DNA of 64,000 nt. Source: an uncultured Lentisphaerota bacterium. Lineage in GTDB: Bacteria; Verrucomicrobiota; Kiritimatiellia; CAIQIC01. The stretch covers positions 14,920 through 78,919 of the forward strand of contig CAITZM010000190.1 in the NCBI GenBank assembly GCA_903896925.1, written 5' to 3'. This document shows positions 34,469 through 43,234 of the stretch, piece after piece. A program made the position numbers and the translations under genes. How positions within the stretch are numbered: the stretch's first letter is position 1; each line of letters opens with the position of its first letter. A model generated the notes under the pieces. The model ran no database searches. It was not told the origin of the DNA and saw only the letters and a list, made by a program, of their open reading frames with translations.

Positions 34469-34721
34469 ATCGCCCTCAGCAGACTGGTGCTCATCTTCGC
34501 CCCACCACGGCCACAAGGATTCAATGCCTTCCCGCTTGTGTCGTCAAGCCCGAAGACCGGTTTCCCGGAACATTGAAGCCCACGGCGCTGCACCGCACGG
34601 GCAGCCGGCCGCGGTACCCCAGGAGCGTGAAAAACTCTGCGGCCGGGGCCGGCTCGTTCCGCCGGAGCCGCCCTGGCAGGGCCCCGCCCCTCGACACCCG
34701 CTCACCCCACCCGTCCCGGCT

Positions 34722-35735
34722 TCATAGCCCGCAGAGATTGATGTGCCTGGTCAGCGCGGGGCCGGTCGCGAAAAAGTTCGCGGCGCGTTCGCGGGCGGCG
34801 GCGATGGTCGGCGCGCTCTGCACCGACATGCGAAAATTGTGGCCGAACATGAAATTGCAGGAGAAATAGGCCGTAAACACCTTCACCCGGCCCAGCGCGC
34901 GCTCCGCGACGAAATCTTCCTCCACGTAGTCGCAGAAGCGCTGCCAGACCGCGGCGTGGTCCACGACGAGCGCGGGGTCGCGCCACTGCGCAAAGACCCA
35001 CGGGCGCGCGGCGGCGATGCGGCCCAGCATCAGGCCCGCGGCGGGCGCGAAGGCGGCGGCGCGGCTGTGGATGTAGTGCGGGTCGAGGATGTCGCCGTTG
35101 GCGATGAGCGGCAGCTGCGCCTCGGCGGCGAGTTCGGCGTAGAGTTCGTGGCGTGGCTCCCGCTTGAGTTTGTCGCCGGCGAAACGCGGGTGCAGCGTCA
35201 GGCCGTCCACGCCCTCGCCGCGCAACATGCGCAGGCGCTCGCCGAGCCGCGCGCGCCAGCCGTCCGTCTCGATGCCGAGGCGGATCTTGACCGTCAGCGG
35301 GCCCGCAAACTGCGCGCGCAGCACGCGCAAGATGCCGCACATCCGCTCCGGGCTCTCGAACAGGTCCGCGCCGCCGCCCATCGCGCGGATGGTCGGCGCA
35401 GGACACGAACTGTTGAGGTCGAGGCCGTCGGGCGCGAGCGGGGCGAGGTGCTCCAGAATTTCGGGCAGCTTCTTCGTATCCACGACGAGCAACTGGTAGA
35501 TGACGCGGCCTTCGCATGCGCGGCGCTTGGTCCACGGCGAGCGGTGCATCTCCTCGTTGAGCAGCATTTTCGCGGAGAGCATCTCGGTGAACAGCCCGCC
35601 CGCGCCGCCGAAATCAGCGACGAGCCGCCGGAAGGCGCTGTGCGAAATTTCCGCCATCGGCGCAAGAAACAGCGGCGGATCGAAGGTGACGCCGCGCAGC
35701 GTGAGCGGCGGCGAGAGGAACGGCGAGAGGCTCAT
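34722..35735 (-). CDS. dus: tRNA-dihydrouridine synthase
   Basis: LFLAPMAEISHSAFRRLVADFGGAGGLFTEMLSA and a TIM-barrel Dus pattern. ATGA overlap with the upstream gene. Confidence 0.8.
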   Translation of the reverse strand: MSLSPFLSPPLTLRGVTFDPPLFLAPMAEISHSAFRRLVADFGGAGGLFTEMLSAKMLLNEEMHRSPWTKRRACEGRVIYQLLVVDTKKLPEILEHLAPLAPDGLDLNSSCPAPTIRAMGGGADLFESPERMCGILRVLRAQFAGPLTVKIRLGIETDGWRARLGERLRMLRGEGVDGLTLHPRFAGDKLKREPRHELYAELAAEAQLPLIANGDILDPHYIHSRAAAFAPAAGLMLGRIAAARPWVFAQWRDPALVVDHAAVWQRFCDYVEEDFVAERALGRVKVFTAYFSCNFMFGHNFRMSVQSAPTIAAARERAANFFATGPALTRHINLCGL

Positions 35736-36682
35736 AGGCGCTCCGGTGCGCGGTGGAGATGATGCAACACGATTTCCGGCGGGCAGCTGTAGCGGCACTC
35801 CACCCCGCTGACGCCGCAACCGCGCGAGGTGTAGCCTTGCAGCTGCTGGAAGCGCCACGCGCCACGCGTCATGCGCCGCGGCACGCGCGCGTTGGCGAGG
35901 ATCGGCCAGCCACCGGGCAGGCAGAGCTGCCCGCCGTGCGTGTGTCCGCTCAACATCAGCTCGATGCCGCCGTAGGCCGCCTTACGGTAGAGCTCCGGAG
36001 AGTGCGCAAGCAGCACGACCGGCTCGCCCGCCGGAATACCATCCACGGCTTTCTCCAGGTTGTCGGTTTCGAAGATGTGCTGGTCGTCCACGCCGGCGAT
36101 CCAAAGGCGCGCGCCGCCGCGCTCAAACGCCGCGCGCTCGTTGAGCAACAGGCGCACGTCCATGTCTTCCAGCGCATCGGCCATTTCCAGCGGGTCGTGG
36201 TTGCCCAGGACCGCGTAGACCGGGCCGTGCAGCGCGTCGCGGACGCGGCGCAACTCGGCGGCCGCCGGCTCCCACGGGCCGTGCGTAAGCCCGCGATAGT
36301 CGCCGGTCCAGACGCAGGCGTCCCACTGCAACGGGCGCACCGCCTCGATCAGCGCAGACATCGCGGTGGCGGAAAAATCGGCGTGGAAATCCGTCAGCTG
36401 CAGCAGCGTCAGCCCCTCCAACGCGGCGGGCAGGCCGGGGAGTGCCACCGCGTTGTGCGTGACGACAAACCGGCCGGTATTGCGCCGGCCCAGGCCGTAG
36501 ACGCCGCACACCTGCAGCAGGCGCTTGATGAAGAAATGCAGCCACAGCATGTTCTCGATGTGGATATGCACGAGGCCCGGGCCGAAGATGTCGGCCGCGT
36601 GGTGCGCCTGCATGTTCAGGCGCTGCTCCACGTGGAAGCGCCCGAGCCGCCGCACATATTTTTCGATGTCGAATTCGCGCAT
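35732..36682 (-). CDS. metallophosphoesterase (calcineurin-like, YaeI-type)
   Basis: LQLTDFHAD, WTGDY, VLGNHD, LLAHSP, LSGHTHGGQ. Confidence 0.85.
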   Translation of the reverse strand: MREFDIEKYVRRLGRFHVEQRLNMQAHHAADIFGPGLVHIHIENMLWLHFFIKRLLQVCGVYGLGRRNTGRFVVTHNAVALPGLPAALEGLTLLQLTDFHADFSATAMSALIEAVRPLQWDACVWTGDYRGLTHGPWEPAAAELRRVRDALHGPVYAVLGNHDPLEMADALEDMDVRLLLNERAAFERGGARLWIAGVDDQHIFETDNLEKAVDGIPAGEPVVLLAHSPELYRKAAYGGIELMLSGHTHGGQLCLPGGWPILANARVPRRMTRGAWRFQQLQGYTSRGCGVSGVECRYSCPPEIVLHHLHRAPERL

Positions 36683-36746
36683 GTTTCCGCCTGCGCCCTA
36701 TCCTAGCGGCGCGCGCGCAAAAGGAAAGCGCCCAAAGCGGTCGGGC

Positions 36747-37985
36747 TCAACGGCCTGGCCCGGCCGTCTCCGCCGCGGGGCGCGGCGGGCGGGTGAAGAA
36801 CGCCAGGCCGGCGGCGAGCAGCAGCATGACGGCGGAGAGGAGGTAGGAGGCCGTGTAGGAGCCGGAGTGGTCGCGCAACATCCCGCCCAGGATCGGGCCC
36901 AAAACGCCGGCGACGCCGAAGGCGGTGAACACGAGGCCGTAGTTCACGCCGAGATGGCGGACGCCGTAGAAGTCGGCGGTGGCGGAAGGCATCAGGGTGA
37001 AGATGGTGCCGTAGCAGAGGCCGGTGCAGGCGGAGCCGAACACGAGCAGCGCCGGCGTCGTGTAGAAAGCAAAGAGGAACATGTTGAGCGACTGCAGCAG
37101 GAACGCGAGGAGCATCGTCTGCGTCCGGCCGATGCGGTCGGAGAGATAGCCGCTGACGATGCGGCCGGTGGTGTTGAAGATCGCGAGCAGGGCCACGGGC
37201 ACGAAGCCCCACTGCCAGGCCGCCTGCTCCTTGGCGATGATCGCGACGTGCGCGATGATCATCAGGCCGGCCGAGGCCGTCAGCACGAACATCGCCCAAA
37301 GCTGGTAGAAGCGCGGCGTGCGCAGCATCTCGTGCCAGTCGTAGTCGCGGCGCGGCGCGGCGGCCGGGCGGGCGGCGGGCCCGGCGGACGCGGCCGGCAC
37401 ATAGCCCGCGGGCGGATTGACGAGCAGCAGGGAGAGCAGCGCGATGATGAGGCTGGTGCCGATGCCGAGGATCAGGAACGTGCGGGAGATCGTGGTCTGG
37501 CCCAGCAGGAATTGCGTGAGCGGCGAGATGTAAACGGCGGCCACGCCGACGCCGCTGACGACGAGGCCGGTGATGAGCCCTTTTTTCGCCGGCGGAAACC
37601 ACTTGATCGCCGGCGGCGTGGTGGCGGAATAGCCCAACCCGATGCCGCAGCCGCCGACCACGCCGTAGGTGAGCAGCATCATCAGGGGCGTCGTGGCAAA
37701 ACTGGAGGCGATCAGGCCCAGGCCAAACAGCAGGCCGCCGCACAGCGCGATCCAGCGCGGGCCGAGTTTGTCCTGCGCGCGCCCCGCGAACACCATCATC
37801 AAGGCGAAGGCCACCGTGGACACCGTGAAGGGCATGGCGGCCTCGGTCCGCGACCAATGCCACTGCACGACCAGGGCCTTGGCCAGCACGCCCCACGCAT
37901 AGAGCGCGCCCAAAATCAGATTGATCCCCAGCGCGGCCAGCACCACCACCCAACCCCGGGACGAAGCAGCGTTTTCCGTTGTCAT
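36747..37985 (-). CDS. MFS transporter, oxalate/formate antiporter (OFA)-like
   Basis: 12 hydrophobic segments and an N-terminus WVVVLAALGINLILGALYAWGVL typical of the OFA family. Start at MTTENA. Confidence 0.8.
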   Translation of the reverse strand: MTTENAASSRGWVVVLAALGINLILGALYAWGVLAKALVVQWHWSRTEAAMPFTVSTVAFALMMVFAGRAQDKLGPRWIALCGGLLFGLGLIASSFATTPLMMLLTYGVVGGCGIGLGYSATTPPAIKWFPPAKKGLITGLVVSGVGVAAVYISPLTQFLLGQTTISRTFLILGIGTSLIIALLSLLLVNPPAGYVPAASAGPAARPAAAPRRDYDWHEMLRTPRFYQLWAMFVLTASAGLMIIAHVAIIAKEQAAWQWGFVPVALLAIFNTTGRIVSGYLSDRIGRTQTMLLAFLLQSLNMFLFAFYTTPALLVFGSACTGLCYGTIFTLMPSATADFYGVRHLGVNYGLVFTAFGVAGVLGPILGGMLRDHSGSYTASYLLSAVMLLLAAGLAFFTRPPRPAAETAGPGR

Positions 37986-38143
37986 GGCAACCCTTTCCCT
38001 AGAGATGAACCGCTCCCCTGATGAACAATGCCGCTCACGGTAGCGTGCCGTTTCCCGCGGGACAAGCAGATTGTGGCGGCGGCGCGGCACCGGCGCGGAG
38101 TTGGCTGGACACGGCCGCGCGGGCGGGCTATAAGCCGCGCACT

Positions 38144-39028
38144 ATGAACACCTCCTCGCAACCCATCGGGACGGCGTTTTCACGCCGTCGGTTCCTCCAA
38201 AGCACCCTGCTCGCCGCGGCCGCCGCGGGTCTCCAACCGTGGCGCGGTGCCACCGCCGCCGGCCGCGAGATTCCGATCTCGCTCCAGCTCTATTCCATCC
38301 GCAACGATTGCGCCAAGGGCTTCGACGCCGCGCTCGAGTGGACCGCGAAGCAGGGCTTTGCAGGCGTCGAGTTCGCCGGTTACCACAGCTACAGCGGCAA
38401 GGCCAAGGAACTGCGCAAGAAGCTCGATGATCTCGGCCTCAAGGCCGCCGGCACGCACATCGGCACCAGCAGTTTCAAGGGCGACGCGCTCCAGAAGACG
38501 ATCGAGTTCCACCAGACCATCGGCTGCAAGTTCCTGATCGTCCCCGGCGACAAGGACTTCACCAGCCCCGAAAAGAGCAAGGCGCTGGCCGAGCTGTTCA
38601 CCACAACCGCCGCGACGCTCAAGCCCCTCGGCCTCTGGTGCGGCTACCACAACCACACGCACGAGTTCGACAAGGATCCGAGCGGCAAGACCTACTTTGA
38701 CCTCTTCGCCGAGCGCACCTCCAAGGACGTCGTGCTGCAGCAGGACTGCGGCTGGACCGCGGCCGCCGGCTACGACCCGGTGGACGTGATGAAGCGCTAC
38801 CCCGGCCGCATGAAGATCACGCACTTCAAGCCGACCGTCGTCAAAAACGAAGCCGGCAAGAAGGGCATCTTCGGCGAGGACAGCGTCAATTGGCCGGCCG
38901 TGCTCGCCGCGTGCCGCGAGGTCGGCGGCACCGAGTGGATCACGCTGGAGCAGGAAGCCTATCCCGACAAAAAGACCCCGATGGAATGCACCGCGCTCTC
39001 CTTCGCGGCGCTGAAGAAGATCCTGTAA
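38144..39028 (+). CDS. Tat-signal sugar phosphate isomerase/epimerase (xylose isomerase-like TIM barrel)
   Basis: Twin-arginine signal SRRRFLQSTLLAAAAAG. AP-endonuclease-2/xylose-isomerase-fold pattern (QLYSIRND..., GFAGVEFAG, GYHNHTHEF). Confidence 0.8.
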   Translation: MNTSSQPIGTAFSRRRFLQSTLLAAAAAGLQPWRGATAAGREIPISLQLYSIRNDCAKGFDAALEWTAKQGFAGVEFAGYHSYSGKAKELRKKLDDLGLKAAGTHIGTSSFKGDALQKTIEFHQTIGCKFLIVPGDKDFTSPEKSKALAELFTTTAATLKPLGLWCGYHNHTHEFDKDPSGKTYFDLFAERTSKDVVLQQDCGWTAAAGYDPVDVMKRYPGRMKITHFKPTVVKNEAGKKGIFGEDSVNWPAVLAACREVGGTEWITLEQEAYPDKKTPMECTALSFAALKKIL

Positions 39029-39050
39029 TCCGTCCCTGACGGTGTCGACC

Positions 39051-39096
39051 GCGGCGGTTTTTCCAACCCTTGGAAAAACCGCCGCTTTGCTTTTCT
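39051..39096 (+). terminator. intrinsic terminator, also the first unit of a family A array
   Basis: Perfect 16-bp stem GCGGCGGTTTTTCCAA / TTGGAAAAACCGCCGC with loop CCC, followed by TTTGCTTTTCT, 23 nt after the stop. Confidence 0.7.
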
Positions 39097-39141
39097 AATG
39101 CTTGGAACTTTTCGCCCGGATTTTTCCAGTGCTTGGAAAAA
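39051..39141. repeat. TTCCA-N-TGGAA hairpin repeat array (family A), 3 units
   Basis: Unit centres near 39068, 39100 and 39131 (spacing 32 and 31 bp). Confidence 0.75.
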
Positions 39142-39197
39142 CCACACGTTCCCGCTTCCACTGCCCGGGAAACCGGTGGCAGAAAGAACCGGAAGGT

Positions 39198-39261
39198 TCG
39201 CGCAAAGAACGCCAAGCCCGCAAAGGTGATGCCCTTGGCGCTCTTCGCGCCCTTTGCGCGA
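39198..39261. repeat. imperfect inverted repeat (TCGCGCAAAG...CTTTGCGCGA type REP-like hairpin)
   Basis: Left arm TCGCGCAAAGAACGCCAAG, right arm CTTGGCGCTCTTCGCGCCCTTTGCGCGA. Confidence 0.6.
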
Positions 39262-39346
39262 GACTCTTCATGAAGATCAGCAGACAGAAGTAGATGGTCA
39301 TCTAGCACCGAGGCAGATGTATTCCATTTTTCTGGCGGCAGCAGCC

Positions 39347-39399
39347 GCTGTAGCGGCAACCTGTGGTCGCCGCCGGCGGTCGCAGACCGCCGCTACAGC
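39347..39399. repeat. mini-element with GCTGTAGCGGC ... GCCGCTACAGC terminal inverted repeats
   Basis: The 11-bp termini are exact reverse complements. Homologous to 10072-10123. Confidence 0.7.
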
Positions 39400-39579
39400 G
39401 ACCACATCGCTTCCGTGGGCGGGGCTTCCTCTACAAAAAACCATCTCGCAGGCAGTTCACAGGTTTTATCCTTGTCACGTCGGAGGTTATTACTAGACTG
39501 CCGACCATCCAAGGGGCGCTGCCCCAAGACAAACAAGTGATCACGAAGTCCGCCCAATAAATACCGTTGGCTCAGCAGA

Positions 39580-40089
39580 ATGAAAACAAAGATCATGATC
39601 AGTCTTGCGATAGGCAGCCTGATCGGCATTCTTGGACACAAGCTCTGGCAGACCCAGACGGCAACGACCGGTCACTGGCGCGCAGTTAAAGCGTACGTAG
39701 CGTTCATGCGCGACCCATCCACCGCGGAACCGGCCCCCCAATCAGGATTGGCCTACATGAGTCCGCCGATGGGCAATCCCGAGCCGCACCTTGCCGCCCT
39801 TGTTCAGGCACGACAGCTTCAGCATCTCGACATTGTGCTACCCACAGTATCGTCCACAAACCGTGCCGCTTTGCGATACTGGCAGGAGTTCTGCGAACGG
39901 CATCCGCAAGACATTCTCTACGCGGATGGCAATCCGAAGTGGGTCGCATTCCCCACCAAGGGTCAACAGCCGCTTCACCTCAATATCTGGTTCCCAGAAA
40001 CCTCACAGGCAGTTATCCAACGACTAATCGCCGAACTCCAAGAAATAGGAACGAAAGCGGAGCCAAGAACGCCCCCGACCGTACAGTGA
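39580..40089 (+). CDS. hypothetical protein, N-terminal TM anchor, in a visibly A/T-richer island
   Basis: Clean 169-codon ORF with a non-shadow amino-acid composition. I recognise no family. No clear SD sequence. Confidence 0.5.
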   Translation: MKTKIMISLAIGSLIGILGHKLWQTQTATTGHWRAVKAYVAFMRDPSTAEPAPQSGLAYMSPPMGNPEPHLAALVQARQLQHLDIVLPTVSSTNRAALRYWQEFCERHPQDILYADGNPKWVAFPTKGQQPLHLNIWFPETSQAVIQRLIAELQEIGTKAEPRTPPTVQ

Positions 40090-40236
40090 CCCGCTGCGCG
40101 GTACACTGCCGGTTACGGCGAACGTTCCGGTGATCGCCAGCTGTACTGTGCGCGAAAACTTTGTACGGGTGGCATGTCATCCACAGGCAATGCGGCGACT
40201 GGACAGCGCGCCGCGCGCGGCCTATAAATTCCCATC

Positions 40237-41679
40237 ATGAAAATGAAAACCAGCACCGTCCTGTGCCTGCTCTGGGCCGCCCTGCCCTGCGCCGCCGCGC
40301 AGTTTGAAGGACGAGCCCAACCAGAGGGCCGCGCGCCGTGGGTGCGCACGTTCATCCCGTCGGCGGCCGGCGGCGCGCGCGGTCTCGCCGTGGGCGTCTT
40401 GCCGCCGCTGGCGCCGCGCTACGCCGACGGGGCGCCGGTGGTCGTGTTCGTCCCCGGCGGCGCGGACAAGGGCGCGGCCGAGGGCCTGCCCAGCCATGCG
40501 GGCTTCGGCTTCGTCGAGGTGCGTTTCGCCTTCCCCGGCGGCGGCCGCGGCGAGTGGACCAGCGGCGGTACCTACGATCACCGCGGCCCCGACTGCATCC
40601 GCGCGCTGGCCGATGTGATCAAATTCGCCAGCGGGAAAAGCGCTGACAAGGATGGCCGCCGCATCGGCGATCTGATTCCGCGCACCAAGGTGCTGACCGC
40701 CATCACCGGCATCGAAGGCTCCAGCCACGGCGGCAATGCGTGCGGCCTCGCCATGGCTACGCACGGCGCGGAGTTTCGCGACCTCGCATTCTACGCCTCG
40801 ATGGAGTCGCCCTACAGCGAGGGCGCGGTAAACGTCGAACTCGGCGCGCGCGACGACCGCCTCAACCCCGCTTACAACCCGGAGACCGGCGCGCTCGACT
40901 TCGCGAAGCTCGCGTGGGATCCGAACCTGCAACCGGGACCGGCGAAGCGCTGGCGCGGCGCGGGTTCCGGCTTGAAGGGCGCGCTCTTCTTCGACCTGGA
41001 TGGCGATGGGAAATTCTCGGAGCAGGCCGATTTCCCCGTCAATGCGTTCTCCTTCGATGACGGCGCCCACGTGAAGATCTGGTACACACCGCGCCTCATC
41101 CGCGCCGCCGATGCGCGCAAGCTGTCCGGCGAACCGCGCCCCGCGCACCTGCCCACGCTCGCGGAGGCCCTTGAGTTCTGGCGCTGGCGCGATGCGCAGA
41201 ACAGCATCACCAACGCCGTGCGCAACTGCACCAACCTCGCCGTCATCGTCTATGCGAACGAGCGCGACCACGTCCAGATCGCGCCCGACCACCCGCACAT
41301 CCTCGCGCAGGTGGAGGGCTACCGCACCGCCGGCGCGAAGTTCGTGCGGCTGAACGCCGACCGCGCCTACGTAGCGCGCGTCGCCGCCAACTTCCCGCGC
41401 GAGCGCACCTCCGGCCTGAAATTCCCCGATAACGACGCCGGCGTGGAATGGACGCGCAAGAATATCCGCACCGCCCTCGAACCTGCCGAGCTGCCGCTGA
41501 ATCTCTACATGGCAGCGGTCGTCTGCGAACTCGCCGACCGCGTCCACGCGCAGGCCTGGTCAAAAAACCTGGGCGGACTGCTCTACCCCAACGCGCCGTG
41601 GATTTTACCGCTGCCGAACCGCGCCGGCGGCAACCAGCGTCCGCCGCATGCACCGGATCGACCCCAGCGCCCCGGGTGA
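40237..41679 (+). CDS. secreted hypothetical protein, possible alpha/beta-hydrolase fold
   Basis: Signal peptide MKMKTSTVLCLLWAALPCAAA and an elbow-like GIEGSSHGGN after a beta-strand. The fold assignment is tentative. Confidence 0.5.
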   Translation: MKMKTSTVLCLLWAALPCAAAQFEGRAQPEGRAPWVRTFIPSAAGGARGLAVGVLPPLAPRYADGAPVVVFVPGGADKGAAEGLPSHAGFGFVEVRFAFPGGGRGEWTSGGTYDHRGPDCIRALADVIKFASGKSADKDGRRIGDLIPRTKVLTAITGIEGSSHGGNACGLAMATHGAEFRDLAFYASMESPYSEGAVNVELGARDDRLNPAYNPETGALDFAKLAWDPNLQPGPAKRWRGAGSGLKGALFFDLDGDGKFSEQADFPVNAFSFDDGAHVKIWYTPRLIRAADARKLSGEPRPAHLPTLAEALEFWRWRDAQNSITNAVRNCTNLAVIVYANERDHVQIAPDHPHILAQVEGYRTAGAKFVRLNADRAYVARVAANFPRERTSGLKFPDNDAGVEWTRKNIRTALEPAELPLNLYMAAVVCELADRVHAQAWSKNLGGLLYPNAPWILPLPNRAGGNQRPPHAPDRPQRPG

Positions 41680-41778
41680 TGTCGGGCCAAACCGGCAGGC
41701 GGCGGCAAGAATCGGCTTTTCTCCGCACATTTTTTGATTACACTAACCACCGTTTGTTGAATCAACCGCGAGGATAAC

Positions 41779-43152
41779 ATGCCATTGAAGTTCATGACGC
41801 GCCGCGACCTGCTCCGTACGCTCTCCGCTGCCGGGCTCGGCTCGGCCTTCGCCACCCGCGCCATCGCCGATGCCGGCGACGGTCCCGTGACCGGCGGGAA
41901 AATCCCCGAGCTCAAGCTCATCTCCCCTAACGGGCGCGCGCTCTACCCGGCGCACATCGTGGATGGCAAGGTGATCCAGCCGGAGCGGCCACTGTCGATC
42001 TTCGCCGAGACCGACGTCCTCGTCGTCGGCGGCGGGCCGGCGGGTTTCGCGGCCGCGGTCTCCGCGGCGCGCGCGGGCGCCAAGACGATGCTGATGGAGC
42101 GCTACGGCTATTTCGGCGGGCTCTGGTCGGGCGGCATCGTGCTCGTCGTCATCAGCACGCACGCGAAGGAAAACGGCGAGAAGATCAAGGTCATGCGCGG
42201 CGTCGGCGATGAACTGTGCGAGCGGCTGACCAAGATCGACGGCGCGATCATCAACCAGGTGCCGGGCAAGCACAACCCGACGACCGATCCCGAGGCGACC
42301 AAGTTCATGATGGACGAGATGATCGCCGAGGCCGGCGTGAACGTGGTGCTGCACAGTTGGGCGACCGACGTGGTCATGGAAGGCAACACCGTCCGCGGCG
42401 TGGTCTTCGAGAGCAAGTCCGGGCGGCAGGCGGTGCTGGCGAAGGTGGTCATTGATGCGACCGGCGACGGCGATGTCTTCGCGGCGGCGGGCGCCGCGTT
42501 CGAGCAGCGGCTGCACGCCATCGGCATGGTCCACCGCCTCGGCAACGTCGATCGCGCCGACATGACGCAGCTCAAGGCGGCCGGCTTCAAGTCGCTCGGC
42601 TCGCTGGAGCCGCTCTCCAGCGTGCGGTGGATCAACCTGCGGGGCCCGAGCACCGACGGCCTCGACGTGAAGGAGCTTTCGCGCCTCGAAATCGAACACC
42701 GCCGGGCCATCTGGACGCGCGTGCAGAAGCTCCGTAACACGCCGGGCGGCGACAAGCTCTTCCTCCTGCAGACGGCGCCGCAGCTGGGTGTGCGCACGAC
42801 GCGCCTGCTCGCGGGCGTCGCGCAGCTGACCGCCGCCGATGCGCGCGCCGGCAAGAAATGCGCCGACGTCGTCGGCGTCGGTGGCGCGCAGAGCGCGAAC
42901 CACGGCGGCTGGCCGATCCCGTACGGCGCGCTCGTCCCTCAGAAGCTCGACGGCCTCCTCGCCGCCGGCCGCTGCATCAGCTGCGACGGCAAGTGGATTG
43001 AAGACATGCGCCTGATTGCCGCCTGCCTGATCACCGGCCACGCCGCCGGCGCCGCCGCCGCGGTCGCCATCGAGTCGAAATGCCGGCCCCGCGACGTCGA
43101 GGTCGCCAAGGTGCAGGCACTGCTGCGCAAGCAGGGCGCCTACCTCGGCTGA
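41779..43152 (+). CDS. Tat-exported FAD-dependent oxidoreductase (FAD_oxidored/GIDA-like)
   Basis: Twin-arginine signal MTRRDLLRTLSAAGLGSAFA and dinucleotide motif DVLVVGGGPAGFAAAVSAARAG. Confidence 0.8.
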   Translation: MPLKFMTRRDLLRTLSAAGLGSAFATRAIADAGDGPVTGGKIPELKLISPNGRALYPAHIVDGKVIQPERPLSIFAETDVLVVGGGPAGFAAAVSAARAGAKTMLMERYGYFGGLWSGGIVLVVISTHAKENGEKIKVMRGVGDELCERLTKIDGAIINQVPGKHNPTTDPEATKFMMDEMIAEAGVNVVLHSWATDVVMEGNTVRGVVFESKSGRQAVLAKVVIDATGDGDVFAAAGAAFEQRLHAIGMVHRLGNVDRADMTQLKAAGFKSLGSLEPLSSVRWINLRGPSTDGLDVKELSRLEIEHRRAIWTRVQKLRNTPGGDKLFLLQTAPQLGVRTTRLLAGVAQLTAADARAGKKCADVVGVGGAQSANHGGWPIPYGALVPQKLDGLLAAGRCISCDGKWIEDMRLIAACLITGHAAGAAAAVAIESKCRPRDVEVAKVQALLRKQGAYLG

Positions 43153-43234
43153 GGCGGAGACAGAGACCATCGAACACCGAACCCGGCTTCGCCCAAGCGC
43201 TACGCCGGGGCAAGCATCCAACATCGTATATCGA

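Noticed and set aside
34469-34721. Cobalamin riboswitch in the 250-nt leader of the TonB-dependent receptor, and likewise upstream of rSAM paralog 3 (24954-25264).
   Set aside because: I read both leaders on the coding strand. Only loose GGGAA/GGTG-like fragments are present, and there is no convincing B12 box (GCCACTG / AGYCMGGAGACC-type). A covariance-model scan would be needed to be definitive.
39070-39560. Several 60-140-aa ORFs in the 39.0-39.6 kb spacer, with similar ones at 44437-44742 and 63024-63476.
   Set aside because: They translate the repeat elements (recurrent FQ.LEK / FP.LGK / SKHWK peptides arising from TTCCAA..TTGGAA units) on both strands.
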